Origin: an uncultured Chloroflexia bacterium
Lineage (GTDB): Bacteria; Chloroflexota; Anaerolineae; CG2-30-64-16
Direction of reading: 5' to 3'
Length of the DNA: 64,000 bases
Assembly (NCBI GenBank): GCA_963810095.1
Contig: CAWEMM010000007.1
Span: 128,001-192,000 of the forward strand
In this document: piece after piece, positions 42,030-53,900 of the stretch
How positions within the stretch are numbered: the stretch's first letter is position 1
Layout of the letters: every line of letters starts with the position of its first letter
Made by a program: the position numbers and the translations under genes
Notes under the pieces: generated by a model
Databases searched by the model: none
Told to the model about the DNA's origin: nothing
Seen by the model: only the letters and a program-made list of their open reading frames with translations

Positions 42030-43844
42030 TTACAGTGCGCAGTATCGCTCGATCTTCTGGCCGATCACCGCGAGGCTGTCATCCCAGAACTTCCGCCCTC
42101 GCAGGTCGATGCCAAAGCGGGCCGCGAGATCGGCCGCGCGTCCTTCGCCCGTCGAAGCCAACAGGTTGATGTAATCGTCGACGAAGGTCGGCCCCCGCTG
42201 CTGATAGATCGCGTACAAGCCCGTTCCGAAGAGCAGACCGAACGCGTACGGGAAGTTGTAGAACGACTGCTCGGCCCGGTAGTAGTGCGGCTTCCAGGTC
42301 CACATGTAGGGGTGGAGATGGGCCGGATCGATTCCGTCACCGTACGTCGCGACCTGTGCCCGGCTCATGATCTCGCAGAGGTCATCGGCCGAAAGCTCGC
42401 TCTTCTCGCGGCGCTCGAACACCTCTTTTTCGAAGAGGTAGCGCGAGTAGATGTCTACGATGACCTGGCTGTCGCCGATGAGCGAGGTCTCGAGGATCTC
42501 GAGCTGCTTCCCCGGATCGGTCGTCTCGGACAGCACCGCCTGCATGACGATGGTCTCGCACATGATCGAAGCGGTCTCGGCGAGCACCATGGGCGTGCTG
42601 GCCTGGAGGGGCGTCTTGCCTGCTGCGAAATGGCACTCGTTGTGGAACGCGTGGCCCAGTTCGTGCGCGAGGGTGGAAACCTGGTCCAGCGTGCCGTCGA
42701 AGTTGCTCAACACCCGAGACTCGCGGGGCCCCCACACCTTCATGCAGAATGCACCCCCGCGCTTGCCCGGCCGCTGCTCCGCGTCGATCCAATTCCCATC
42801 GAACGCGCGCCGCGCCAGATCGGCCAGCTTGGGCGAGAACGAGCCGAAGTTCTTGAGGATGAAGCTCCGGGCTTCGTCAAAGGCGTAGCCCTGTCCGGTT
42901 TCGCCGCTCTGGGGCGCCGGCGCCCAGAGGTCCCACCACGCCAACCGGTCCTTGCCGAGCCGCTGCGCCTTCTTTTGCCAATACTTGCGGAAGGTGGGGA
43001 AGCTATCGGCCATGGCCGCCAGCATCGCATCCAGCGTCTCGCGGTCGATCCGCGCCCGGTCCACCGGCTCGTGCAGCGCGTCCGTCCGGCCGCGGCGGCG
43101 GCTCAGCGTGTTGACCGTGCCCTTGATCCCGTTCATGCATGCGGCGAGCGGCTCGCGGGCCGATGCCAGCAGCACGAGCTCTGCCTCGTGCGCTCGACGC
43201 CGCACATCCTCGTCGGGATGCGAGTGCAGGTTGATCAGCGCAGGCAGCGGCAGCCGCTGCACCTGACCGTCCAATTCAAAGTCGGCCGTTAACTGCGAGG
43301 TGACGATGCCCTGCAGGTTGTTCCAGAGGCTGGTGCTGTTCAGCGACAACTCGGCCGCAAGGCCCTCCAACTCCTCGGCCATCAGGTAGCGGCTCTGCTC
43401 GGCCATCTCCCGGAGTGCGAAGGCGTGCGCGGCCAGGTTCTCACGGCGGCCAAGGACAGTCTCCAGCCGGGGACCCAGGCTGCCCACCCACGCCTCGAAC
43501 CGCGTGTTCAACTGCCGCAGCCGGACCGCAACCTGCTTGTGCTCGGATTCGAGACGCCGTGCGAGCATGTCGAGCGAGTCCGTACTGACAAAGGAAGAGA
43601 TATAGGGCACGATCGTCGCATTCAAGACGCCGAGGTTGTTGAACCGCACCACGAGATCGTCGAGCAGCGCCGCGAGCGCTTCCGGGTCTGCGTCCGCAGT
43701 GGAAGCAGACGGCACGACGCGCTCGTCAAAGACGCGCTCAAGCTCGTCCACCGCCCGCTCGAACTGCTGGGTCGCGACTGCGAATTCGGGCGAGTTCAGC
43801 CCGGGGAAAACGTTGGAAAGGTCCCACCGAGGGGGTGTAATCAT
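42030..43844 (-). CDS. pepF: M3B oligoendopeptidase F (second paralogue)
   Basis: 'WDLSNVFP', 'WIDAEQRPGKRGGAFC', 'TLAHELGHAFH', 'AETASI.CE', 'FYNFPYAFG'. Confidence 0.92.
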   Translation of the reverse strand: MITPPRWDLSNVFPGLNSPEFAVATQQFERAVDELERVFDERVVPSASTADADPEALAALLDDLVVRFNNLGVLNATIVPYISSFVSTDSLDMLARRLESEHKQVAVRLRQLNTRFEAWVGSLGPRLETVLGRRENLAAHAFALREMAEQSRYLMAEELEGLAAELSLNSTSLWNNLQGIVTSQLTADFELDGQVQRLPLPALINLHSHPDEDVRRRAHEAELVLLASAREPLAACMNGIKGTVNTLSRRRGRTDALHEPVDRARIDRETLDAMLAAMADSFPTFRKYWQKKAQRLGKDRLAWWDLWAPAPQSGETGQGYAFDEARSFILKNFGSFSPKLADLARRAFDGNWIDAEQRPGKRGGAFCMKVWGPRESRVLSNFDGTLDQVSTLAHELGHAFHNECHFAAGKTPLQASTPMVLAETASIMCETIVMQAVLSETTDPGKQLEILETSLIGDSQVIVDIYSRYLFEKEVFERREKSELSADDLCEIMSRAQVATYGDGIDPAHLHPYMWTWKPHYYRAEQSFYNFPYAFGLLFGTGLYAIYQQRGPTFVDDYINLLASTGEGRAADLAARFGIDLRGRKFWDDSLAVIGQKIERYCAL

Positions 43845-44000
43845 CGTCGACTGGCTCCCGCTGAGTTTCGCTGGTCGCTGGACACCGGGGTCCGCAAGCC
43901 TGCGAAAGTCTATGCCCCGCTGCGTGATAAGTCAAGCCAACGCGGCGGGCGGACGCACTTTCCCTGGTGGCATGCGCTCCGGATCAGCCCCATTCGCGCG

Positions 44001-44404
44001 CTAGGCGGCTGCGGTGGCCGCTTCTACCACGAGCTCCCGGAGCGCAGCGGCGTCGACGTCGCTGAGGCGCTTCACATACAGGCATCCCTTGCCGGCCTTA
44101 TACTTGCCGACCGCGCCAACGCGCCGGCGTGCATTTCGACGCAGTTGCCGAGATACAGGGTCAAAGCATCCTTACGGGAGGCGAACCCCACCTTCATCCA
44201 CTCGCCGCTCCGACCCGACGCGTAGTGGTAAGTGTATCTGCCGAAGCCTACGATGCTTTCGCCCCACATCACGGGTGGTTCACCCGTCACGTCTTGCATT
44301 AATTCGGCTACGGCCTGGCAGTCCTGCCGGCGCTGGGGGTCGGGAATTGCCGCGATATGGTCCCAGGCGCTTGCCGCTGTCGGTTGGGTTTTGGGTTCGG
44401 CCAT
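44001..44404 (-). CDS. DUF1801 (YdhG-like) protein, frameshift near 44125
   Basis: 'MWGESIVGFGRY.Y.YASGRSGEW..VGFASRK..LTLY', continuing in another frame as 'GKYKAGKGCLYVKRLSDVD'. Confidence 0.85.
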
Positions 44405-44414
44405 GCTGATCTCC

Positions 44415-44810
44415 TCAGGAAAACGACGCAACTGTCTCGGCGAGATCGCGGTGCATCTCGAGCAGCAGGTCCAGTCCGCTCAATTCCAGCACCTTCACGA
44501 CCTCCGGATTTGGATTCAGCAGCTTCAGATAGCGCGCCTTGCTGCCGGTTCGCAACACCCGCCGGGCGTCCTCGTCCGTTAGCCCGTTTGCCTGGTAGAG
44601 TGCGACGAGCGTCTTGTTGATCGACCGGATGCCGAAGCTGCCCACGAAGGGAACCTCGGTCAGGTCCAGGATGAGGTCGCGGGTACCGTTCGCAATCGCT
44701 AGCGCCACCGCAGACTCGAACTGACCGGCCGTATCCGCCGTCATCTCGCCTTTCACGTGTAACACCGTGACCGGAACGCTAGCCCGTTCCTGGCTCACCT
44801 TGATCTCCAT
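44415..44810 (-). CDS. STAS-domain anti-sigma factor antagonist
   Basis: 'VLHVKGE', 'LILDLTEVPFVGSFG', 'V.KVLELSG'; GGAGG RBS. Confidence 0.85.
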   Translation of the reverse strand: MEIKVSQERASVPVTVLHVKGEMTADTAGQFESAVALAIANGTRDLILDLTEVPFVGSFGIRSINKTLVALYQANGLTDEDARRVLRTGSKARYLKLLNPNPEVVKVLELSGLDLLLEMHRDLAETVASFS

Positions 44811-45051
44811 GCTGCCTCCTATTCCCGCGCCGTGCTACGAGGGGCGCACGGGTATCATACGAAAAGGTTTGCGCTCATGTCAGGCGCGAGGACTACAAAC
44901 AAGGGACGCGGAGTTCGAGGCCGCGCATCGTGTGCGACTCTACAGCCCCGGCAGCCCGTCTTTACTATACTGATCGCAACTTGTTTTGCGCTAGTGCGAC
45001 GAATCAAGCCGCGCCGGTGCAGGTTTCGGGCCGAGCGAGTATCGAGGTGTC

Positions 45052-45952
45052 ATGACTGAGCCAGCCAGGAGTCCTTTGCCTGAAGACGAGGTGGAGTTGC
45101 GTGGGGACGAGGAGCCACAGGTGGCGCCGGCCGCCGGGGGCTGCGGCCGGGCAGGCTGCGGGTTCGTGCTGGGCGTGTTGGGGAGCGCTCTGGTAACCGT
45201 CCTCATCATCGCAACCCTGCTCACCCGCGGACACCCGATTACATTTGCGAGCCGGCTGATTTCTCGGCCAACTGCCACACCGTCTCCTACGGCCCCTGGT
45301 GGCGCAGGGACGGGTGGGGTCCGGTCGGTGGCGTCCGCCACGCCACCCGCGGCCACCCGCGCGCCCGCGGCCACCCCGACCTTCATTCCCGTGCCCACGG
45401 CCGTGCCGACCCGCACGCCGACACCGACGCCCATCGCCTACGCCCACGCCAATCATCGCCCTGCGCCAGGTGAACGAGCTGGGCCGGTACGAGTCCATGC
45501 AATTCGTGATCCAGACGGTGGTGGACCTGTCGCGCGAACCGAGCAACTTCTGGGAACGCATCTGCGGATCGGATCAGCTGCTGCTGGTGGCCGGGGGCGA
45601 GGTCATCGCGGGGTTCGACCTGGGCAAGGTGGGACCGGGCGACTTGCAGATCACGGGCCGCAGGCTCAGGCTGACTTTGCCGCCGCCCGAGGTGTTCAGC
45701 TACTTTGTCCGAGAGGACCAGACGTACGTTTATCTGCGCAACACGGGCCTGCTGTGCAAGCCTGACCCGGGCCTGGAGACCCAGGCGCGGCGCCAGGCAG
45801 AGCAGCGGCTGCTGGACTACGCGATGCAGCAGGACATCCTCGTTCGGGCGCAGAAAGCTGGTTTGACGCAGTTGGAGGCTTTCTTCAGGGACCTGGGGTT
45901 CGAGCAGGTGGAGCTGACGGTCAAGCCGGGCAGCGCCGGCGCCGACGGCTAA
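45052..45952 (+). CDS. DUF4230-domain membrane-anchored protein (frameshift near 45435)
   Basis: TM helix and PT linker, then 'LLLVAGGEVIAGFDL', 'LTLPPPE', 'LETQARRQAE', 'LGFEQV'. Confidence 0.8.
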
Positions 45953-45958
45953 TGACGA

Positions 45959-46275
45959 TTTGGCGGGGGCACTCTGCCCCGCCGCCCGGCCGCCGCCGCT
46001 CCCGCTTCGGGGGCGTCGCCCCCGAAACCCCCAAAGGCAATGCTCCCGGAGGGTCGGCTGCCTCTTGACTGGCAGGCGCCCGGCAGTGCCGGGCAGCGGC
46101 CGTGCTCGCTTCTCACACAACAGCGGTTACGAGCACGCATGGTTCTAATCGCCCCTGCCTCGTCCCCCGCACAGTGACTTATCCGGGCGAACGCGTACCC
46201 GCAGCGTGGCCTTTGGGGTTCCAAGGGGCGTAGCCCCTGGTCGGGGGCGGCGGGGGCAAGAGTGCCCCCGCCAAA
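45959..46275. repeat. Nested-palindromic MITE/REPIN-like element, copy 2 (inverted relative to copy 1)
   Basis: ~30-bp imperfect TIR tttggcgggggcactc(t)tgcccc(c)gccgccc; core matches 2896-3168. Confidence 0.85.
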
Positions 46276-46339
46276 AAGTCATTGAAACCCGCCCCAGCTA
46301 ACTCTCGGATGGATACTCAGGTGCAGCGAGCCGAGCTGC

Positions 46340-47116
46340 TTACAGGTCGAGCGTCAACCCAACGGGGCAATGATCCGACCCTTTGACGTCGGGCAGGATG
46401 AACGCGTCGACGACCAGTGGCGCCAGGTCGGCCGTCACGAAGAAGTAGTCCAGCCGCCAGCCGATATTCCGCTCGCGCGCCTGGCCCCACTGCAGCCACC
46501 AGGTGTACGCGCCGGCCGTCTCGGGGTAGAGGTGGCGGAAGGTGTCGACATAACCGGCCTCGGTCCAGCGGTCGAGCCAGGCACGCTCTTCGGGCAGAAA
46601 GCCCGTGCTTTTCAGGTTCTGCTTAGGCCGGGCCAGGTCGATCTCCCGGTGCGAAGTGTTCACGTCGCCACATACGACGAGCGAGCGGGACTGCTGCCGC
46701 AAGTCGTCGCAGAACTTCAGAAAGGCGTCGTAGAACGCCAGCTTGTAGGGCACCCGTTCCTGATCGCGCCCGCCGTTGGGAAAGTAGCAGTTGACGAGGA
46801 CGAAGCGGCCGAAGTCGGCCACGAGCGTGCGGCCTTCGTCATCGAACTCCGCGCTGCCAATGCCCGGGCTGACCGTGAGCGGTTGGGCCTTGCTCAGAAT
46901 CGCGGTCCCCGAATGGCCTTTCTTGCGCGTCGAGTGTGTCCAGTAGCCGAAATAGCCGGGCGGTTTGGCGAGGTCGGGCGGCAGCTGGCCTTCTTCTGCC
47001 CGTGTCTCCTGCAGGCACAGGATATCGGGGGCAGCGGTCGCAAGCCAGGGCAGGAAGCCGGCCCGGTGGATGGCGCGCGCGCCGTTGACGTTCCAGGAAA
47101 GCAGGGTCAGGGTCAT
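46340..47116 (-). CDS. xth: Exodeoxyribonuclease III (AP endonuclease)
   Basis: 'SWNVNG', 'CLQET', 'EGR', 'YFPNG', 'CGDVN', 'YTWW', 'GWRLDY', 'SDHCP'. Confidence 0.95.
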   Translation of the reverse strand: MTLTLLSWNVNGARAIHRAGFLPWLATAAPDILCLQETRAEEGQLPPDLAKPPGYFGYWTHSTRKKGHSGTAILSKAQPLTVSPGIGSAEFDDEGRTLVADFGRFVLVNCYFPNGGRDQERVPYKLAFYDAFLKFCDDLRQQSRSLVVCGDVNTSHREIDLARPKQNLKSTGFLPEERAWLDRWTEAGYVDTFRHLYPETAGAYTWWLQWGQARERNIGWRLDYFFVTADLAPLVVDAFILPDVKGSDHCPVGLTLDL

Positions 47117-47164
47117 GGCGCCTGGAGTATAATGGGTTCTCAAACAGGACACAAGGAGCGGCTC

Positions 47165-47632
47165 ATGGCACAAGTCAGCGCGGGAATCCTTCTTTACCGG
47201 CTGAACGGGACTTGTCCCGAGGTCTTTCTGATCCACATGGGCGGGCCGTTCTGGGCGCGCAGGGACGCGGGCGCATGGTCGATCCCAAAGGGCCTGGTGG
47301 ACGAAGGCGAGGAGTTGCTGGCGGCAGCGCTGCGCGAGTTCCGGGAGGAAACGGGGCAGCTGCTGGCCCCTGCCGAGCCCCCACACCCGCTGTCGCCCAT
47401 CCGCCAGTCCGGCGGCAAGGTTGTACACGCGTGGGCGGTGAAGGGCAATGCAGACCCCGAGCACATTGTGAGCAACACCTTCCAGGTCGAGTCGCCCCGG
47501 GGGTCAGGGCGGTGGCGCAGTTACCCCGAAGCAGACCGCGCGGCGTGGCTCGGCCTCGCGGAAGCGCATGACAAGATCGTAACAGGACAGCGCGGCCTGC
47601 TCGACGAACTGGCAGCCCTCCTCGGGTGCTAG
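47165..47632 (+). CDS. NUDIX hydrolase
   Basis: AAGGAG RBS; 'SAGILLYR', 'HMGGPFW', 'WSIPKG...AALREFREETG'. Confidence 0.92.
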   Translation: MAQVSAGILLYRLNGTCPEVFLIHMGGPFWARRDAGAWSIPKGLVDEGEELLAAALREFREETGQLLAPAEPPHPLSPIRQSGGKVVHAWAVKGNADPEHIVSNTFQVESPRGSGRWRSYPEADRAAWLGLAEAHDKIVTGQRGLLDELAALLGC

Positions 47633-47760
47633 CGTCCGCTTCTGCTCCTCCAGGATGGCGAAGTCCCCGCATCACCACCGTCGTTCCTCGAACCCGCTCT
47701 GGTGACCGGCAGTCATAGTGTCACGAATTGTTTGTATATTCCAGATTTGTAGCAATAAGC

Positions 47761-47830
47761 ATGACGCGTTGCGTCATTTTTGCGATACAGCAAATTACGT
47801 ATTGTTCGCTCCAACGCCTTGTGCTATAGT
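47761..47830 (+). promoter_or_regulatory. Putative promoter/operator region of the PKS
   Basis: Dyad ATGACGC-gtt-GCGTCAT (47761-47777) and extended -10 TGcTATAGT (47822-47830) in a locally AT-rich intergenic stretch. Confidence 0.45.
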
Positions 47831-47976
47831 GCACACAGTGCGTCCGGTTCACGTACGACACTGTATCCCTTATCCGATCTTCCCGGCACCCGGTTTTAGC
47901 AGGCTGGAGGTTCACCAGGCACAACAATTGAGGGCAGCCCTTCCCCCTGGGGTTGTCTGCCTAAGGAGCGACAACG

Positions 47977-50900
47977 ATGCGCGGGCAGAGAGGCGGCAGC
48001 AACGCTCTCGATCGGAGCGGTGGCCGGGGGAGCAGGCTCCCTGTGGCCATTGTCGGAGTAGGCGCGATCCTTCCTGATGCGCCATGTGCGCCGGCATACT
48101 GGCAGAATATCCGCAGCCGGCGGTACAGCATCACCGAGGTCCCCAGTGACCGGTGGCGGATCGAGGACTATTACGATCCCGATCCGAGTGTCCGGGATAA
48201 GACCTACAGCAAAATCGGCGCCTGGGTGCGCGGCTTTACATTCGACTGGAAGGGCTTTCGGATCCCGCCGAAAGTCGCTGCTGCCATGGATGAAGGGCAG
48301 CAGTGGGCGGTGACCATTGCCGCCGAGGCCCTTGCCGATTACGGGTATCCGGCTCGTTCGCTCGATACGGAGCGCACGGGAGTCATTCTCGGCGCCGCAA
48401 TGGGTGGCGAGCTTCATTACATCACCGGCCTGCGGGTTTTCTTCCCCGAGTACGCCAACGCGCTGGCCGCGGTGGATGAGTTCCGGTCGCTGGGCCACGA
48501 ACAGCGGGCCGCGCTCGTCCAAGGGCTGCGCGGCTGAGGTCGACCGCCGGATCCCCGGCATCAGCGAGGACAGCATGCCCGGCGAGCTGGCGAACGTCAT
48601 CGCCGGCCGGGTTGCCAACGTTTTCAATTTCCGCGGCCCCAATTTCATTGCCGACGCGGCGTGTGCATCGTCATTCGCCGCGCTCGAATCCGCGTGTGAT
48701 CTCCTGGCCCACGGCAAAGCCGACGCCGTCCTGTGCGGCGGCGTCGACCGCAACATGGGCCCCTCAACCTTCGTCAAGTTCTGCAAGATCGGCGCACTCA
48801 GCGCAACCGGCACCCGGCCTTTTGGAGAGGGTGCGGACGGTTTCGTCATGGGTGAGGGCGCGGCCGCGTTCCTGCTGCGCCGCCTGGACGACGCGATAGC
48901 CGACGGCGACAAGATCTACGCGGTCATCCGTGGCATCGGCGCGGCCAGCGACGGTAAGGGCAAGGGCATCACCGCGCCCAACCCACAGGGCCAAATCCTC
49001 GCGGTGCGCCGGGGCTGGGAAGACGCCGGGCTGGATCCGGCGACGTGTACGCTCGTCGAGGCCCACGGCACGAGCACGAAGGTGGGCGACGTCGTCGAGG
49101 TGAACAGCCTGAGCGAAGTCTTTGCCACGGCGCGGCGGGGCAGCATCGGGCTGGGCTCGGCCAAAAGCAACGTCGGCCATCTGAAAGCCGGCGCGGGCGC
49201 GGCGGGACTGCTGAAGGCGGTTTATGCCCTGCATCACAAGGAACTGCCGCCGACGCTCAACGCCGAGCGGCCGAACCCGGCCATCGATTTCTCCTGCACG
49301 CCGTTCCGCCTGGTCCACGAGCCGGCTGCGTGGGAGCCGGATGGTGGGCTGCCGCGGCGCTGCGGCGTCAGCGCGTACGGCTTTGGCGGCACGAACTTCC
49401 ACGTGGTGTTGGAGGAGTACCGGGCCGGGCGAACTCGAGCAGGCGTCGCGCAGGTGAGCAGCGAGCGTCCGGCGGAGGCCGGCAGGTAGTTTTGCCGGGC
49501 GAAGTCGAAGGAGCGGAACTGCTCACGGACCTCTTCGCATCCTTCGGCGCGCACCGCGAAACAGCGGGCGGGAAACGTCAGCGAAGCTGACGCCCGCTCA
49601 GATGCTGGCCGCTGCCACTCCGCGGCGTGCTGGCGCTTGGCGCGGATGACGCCCGCAGGGCTTACGGGGCAGTTGGACGAAGTCGCCGGCAAGGTGGCCG
49701 GCGGCTGGCTTCCGCCGCCGGCCGCGCCCGCCGCGGTCGTGCTGTCTGCAGCCGAGCGCCTGGTGGTCGACTTCAGCACGCCAGAGGAACTGATCGAACG
49801 GATCAAGGCCGCCCGACAGGCGCTGCAGAGCGAGCAGCCCGCGGCCTGGCGGGCGCTGGCAAACCGCGGCATCTTCCGCGGCCGGGGCGAACCGGCGGGG
49901 AAGGTGGCCTTCCTCTTCCCCGGCCAGGGCAGCCAGTACGCCAACATGGGCCGCACGTTCGCAGACCTGCCGCCGTTCGCCGCGACCTTCGCCGAAGCGG
50001 ACGCAGTGCTGACGCCCATACTCGGGAGGCCGCTTACCAGCTACATCTTCAGCGACCCTGACGATGCGGCCGCGCTGCGGGCGGCCGAAGAAGCGCTGCG
50101 CCAGACCGCCATCACGCAGCCAGCCGTCCTGACTCTCGACGTCGCGCTCTGCCGCCTGCTGGCCGCGTACGGTTTCGCGCCGGACATGGTGATGGGCCAC
50201 TCCCTGGGCGAGTATGCCGCGCTGGTCGTCGCGGGCGTGCTGCCCTTTGCCGATGCGCTCGAGGCTGCGGCGGCCAGGGGCGCAGAGATGACGCGGGTGA
50301 GCATGGAAGACAACGGCTGGATGGCCGCGGTGATGGCGCCCCTCGACGTGGTGCAGGACATTCTCGAAGGTGTCGAGGGATATGTCGTGCCGGCAAACAT
50401 CAACAGCCTGGGCCAATGCGTGATCGGCGGCGCAAGCCGGCCGGTCGAGGACGCGATTGCGGCGTTCAAGGCCAAGGGCTTCGAGGCGCAGCGCCTCCCC
50501 GTGAGCCACGCATTCCACACCGCGATCGTCGCCCCGGCCAGCAAGCCCTTGCGCCAGGTCCTCGACCGTCTACACGTGGGGCCCCCGGCGCTGCCGGTCA
50601 TTTCGAACGTCACAGGTGACTTCCATCCCCACGACGTAAAGGGCATTAAGGACTTGCTCGAGCAGCAGATCGCCTCGCCGGTCCAGTGGGTGTTGGGGCT
50701 GGATGCGCTGTACAGGCACGGGTGCCGCACCTACGTCGAGGTCGGACCCAAGCGTGCGCTCAAGGGCTTCGTGGACGAGGTGCTGGGGACGCGCGAAGGC
50801 GTGAGCAGTGTGTTGACCTGTCACCCGAAGACGGGCGAAGCGGCCACCTTCAACCAAGCGCTGTGCAGCCTGTGGGCAGGAGGGTACGGGCTTGGATCGG

Positions 50901-53900
50901 ATGAGCTTACTGGAACGATCAGGAACGGCAGCACGGTCCATCATTGGCGAAGCGGACGAAGAAACGGAAACACGCGTGAGGAGGATGGCGGCATGGTGGG
51001 CAGCAATGGATTGAATGGCCATCGGGATGTGCTATCGCGGGGCGGCAACGGAAGCTCCGCTGCAGTGGGTTCGCGCATTGCCACGGATGGGGTCGACGTG
51101 TTGGCGCAGGCGCTCGCCCTCGCGCTGGAGCGCATGAGTTCGGCGCCCGTTCAGGCCCCCGGCGCCCTCGCGGAACATGCGGCGCAAGCGCAGCCGGCGC
51201 CGGCTGCGCTTGCGCCGCACGCCGCGTTCCCCGCGCCCGCCCCGTGGGACCGGACGACCACACCCGCCGGCTCCGTCGTCATCAGCGGCACCGGCCTGGG
51301 CCTGCCCGGCACGGCCAAGCGCATCATGGACCCCGACAACGCGCTCCGCGTGCTGCGGGGCGAGCAGTTCATCGACCTCGTGCCCGAGCCCTTCCGCCGC
51401 GAGATGCTCGCCAAGCGGGTCACCCGGCTCGTCAAGTCTGCCGACGGCGGGGGCAGCTTCCAGGTGATCGCCGATCCCGACGAAGTGATCCGGCTCGCGG
51501 GCCGCGGCGGTCCGTTCGACCTGGCCGACGAATACGGCGTGCCACAGAAGCTAGTCGAGAGCCTCGACATCACGTCGCAGCTCGCCATGGCCGCCGGCCT
51601 CGACGCCCTGCGCGAGGCCGGCATTCCCCTGGTGCAGACGTGGCGGTCCACTTCGACCGGTAAACATCTGCCCGACCGGTGGCTGATCCCCGCCGCGATG
51701 CGCGATGAGACCGGCGTCATCTTCGCCAGCGTGTTCCCCGGCGGCGCGGCCCTTGCGGGGGAGCTTGAACGGTATTACCAGTGGGAGAAGCGACTGGATG
51801 CGGTCGAGGAGCTGGAGGACTTGCGCCGGTACGTCCGCGACTTCGATGCACAGGCCGAGATCTGCCGGCGCATCGCGCAAGCTGCGCGACGAGATCTCCG
51901 CGCAGCCGTACGAGTTCGACCGCCGCTTTATCTTCCGCATTCTCTCCATGGGCCACAGCCAGTTCGCCGAGTACATCGGCGCCCGCGGGCCCAACACCCA
52001 GGTTAATGCCGCCTGTGCGACGACCACTCAGGCCATCGCGCTGGCCGAGGACTGGATCCGTTCGGGTCGCTGCCGCCGGGTGCTTGTCATCGCGGGCGAC
52101 GACGTCACCGGCGACTCGCTGATGGAATGGGTGGGTGCGGGCTTCCTCGCATTGGGCGCCGCGGCCACCGACGACCGGGTAAGCGAAGCCGCGCTGCCCT
52201 TCGACCGTCGCCGCCACGGCACGATTCTGGGCATGGGCGCGTGCGCGCTGGTGGTAGAGAGCGAAGACGCCCTGCGCGAGCGCGGGATGCGCGGCATCGT
52301 CGAGTTACTGTCGACCGAGGCCGCGAACAGCGCATATCACGGGTCGCGGTTGGACGTGGACCACATCGGCGACGTCATGGAAGGGCTGGTCTCGACGGCG
52401 GAAAAGCGGTTCGGCGTCAACCGCTATGCGATCGCGCCCTACACCGTTTTTGTCTCCCACGAGACTTACACGCCGGCCCGAGGCGGCAGTGCAGCGGCCG
52501 AGGTCGTCGCGCTGCGCAAGACTTTCGGCGAGGCGGCCCGGCACATCGTCGTCTCGAACACCAAGGGTTTCACCGGCCATGCGATGGGCGTGGGGGTGGA
52601 AGATGTATTGGCCGTCAAGATGCTCGAATATGGCATCGTGCCCCCCGTCCCCAATTTCCAGGAGGTGGATCCCGATCTTGGCGTGCTGAACCTCAGCCGT
52701 GGAGGCAATTACCCGATTGCCTATGCGCTTCACCTGGCCGCCGGCTTCGGTTCGCAGGTCTCGATGACGCTGCTGCGCCGGGTGCCGGGCGGCCCCGACC
52801 GCGTTGAAGACCGCCTGCGCTACCAGCACTGGTTGGACGCGGTGAGCGGCTACGACCGGGCACAACTCGAAACCGTGCAGCGGGTGCTGCGCGTGCAGTC
52901 GGAGGACGGCCCGGGCCGCAGCCCGCAACCGTCGCAGTGGCGTCGTGGGCAGGGCCCTTGCGAACGGGCCGCAGCCCCCGGCGAAGGCATCCCCGGCGCA
53001 GTTCGTCCCGCGCCGCTGTGGAAAGTGGCCGACAAGCTGGGTGGCGAGGCGGGGAAGACGGTCACCACCGGGCGCGTGGAACACGAAGGCACTAAAGTGG
53101 CGGTGCGCGACGAGGCGAAGGAGATGGCACGCGAACACACGCAGGCGGTGGAGGTCACGGAGCGCGAAGGGGTGGCGAAGCGCAGCTTCGTCGACCCCAC
53201 CGGTGCCTCTTCCCGAGCCCTCTACGCCAGCGGTGTCCTCGGTGGCAGAACAAGACGCGGTCACGGCCAAGGTGCTGGAGATCGTGGCGGGCAAGACCGG
53301 TTATCCGCAGGACATGCTCGACCTCGACCTGGACCTGGAGGCCGACCTGGGCATCGACACGGTAAAGCAGGCCGAGACCTTTGCCGCCATTCGCCAGGCG
53401 TATGATATCCCGCCCCAGCAGGGGTTAAGCCTGCGCGATTACCCGACCCTCAAGTCGGTCGCCGGCTTCGTGCACAAGCTGCGGCCCGATTTGGCCACCG
53501 AGCGCACAGAGACTGCGACGAGAGGCGTCGAGCATTCTGCGCCCGCAGCAGTTGCTTCTCCTGCCCCTGCCGCCGCGCCGGTGTCCTCGTCAGTCGTCTC
53601 CGGGCCCTCGGTGTCCTCTGTGGGAATGGAGGACCCCGTCACGGCCAAGGTGCTGGAGATCGTGGCGGGCAAGACGGGCTATCCCCAGGACATGCTCGAC
53701 CTGGACCTGGACCTGGAGGCCGACCTGGGCATCGACACGGTGAAGCAGGCCGAGACGTTCGCCGCCATCCGCCAGGCGTATGATATCCCGCCCCAGCAGG
53801 GCCTGAGCCTGCGCGATTATCCAACCCTCAAGTCGGTTGTCGGCTTCGTGCACAAGCTGCGGCCGGACTTGGCCGAGGGGACTCCCGAAACGGAGGCCGC

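Noticed and set aside
48535-48537. TGA read-through/selenocysteine or programmed frameshift in PKS KS1
   Set aside because: Homology continues in a different frame just before the TGA, there is no slippery heptamer, and it fits the window-wide indel pattern
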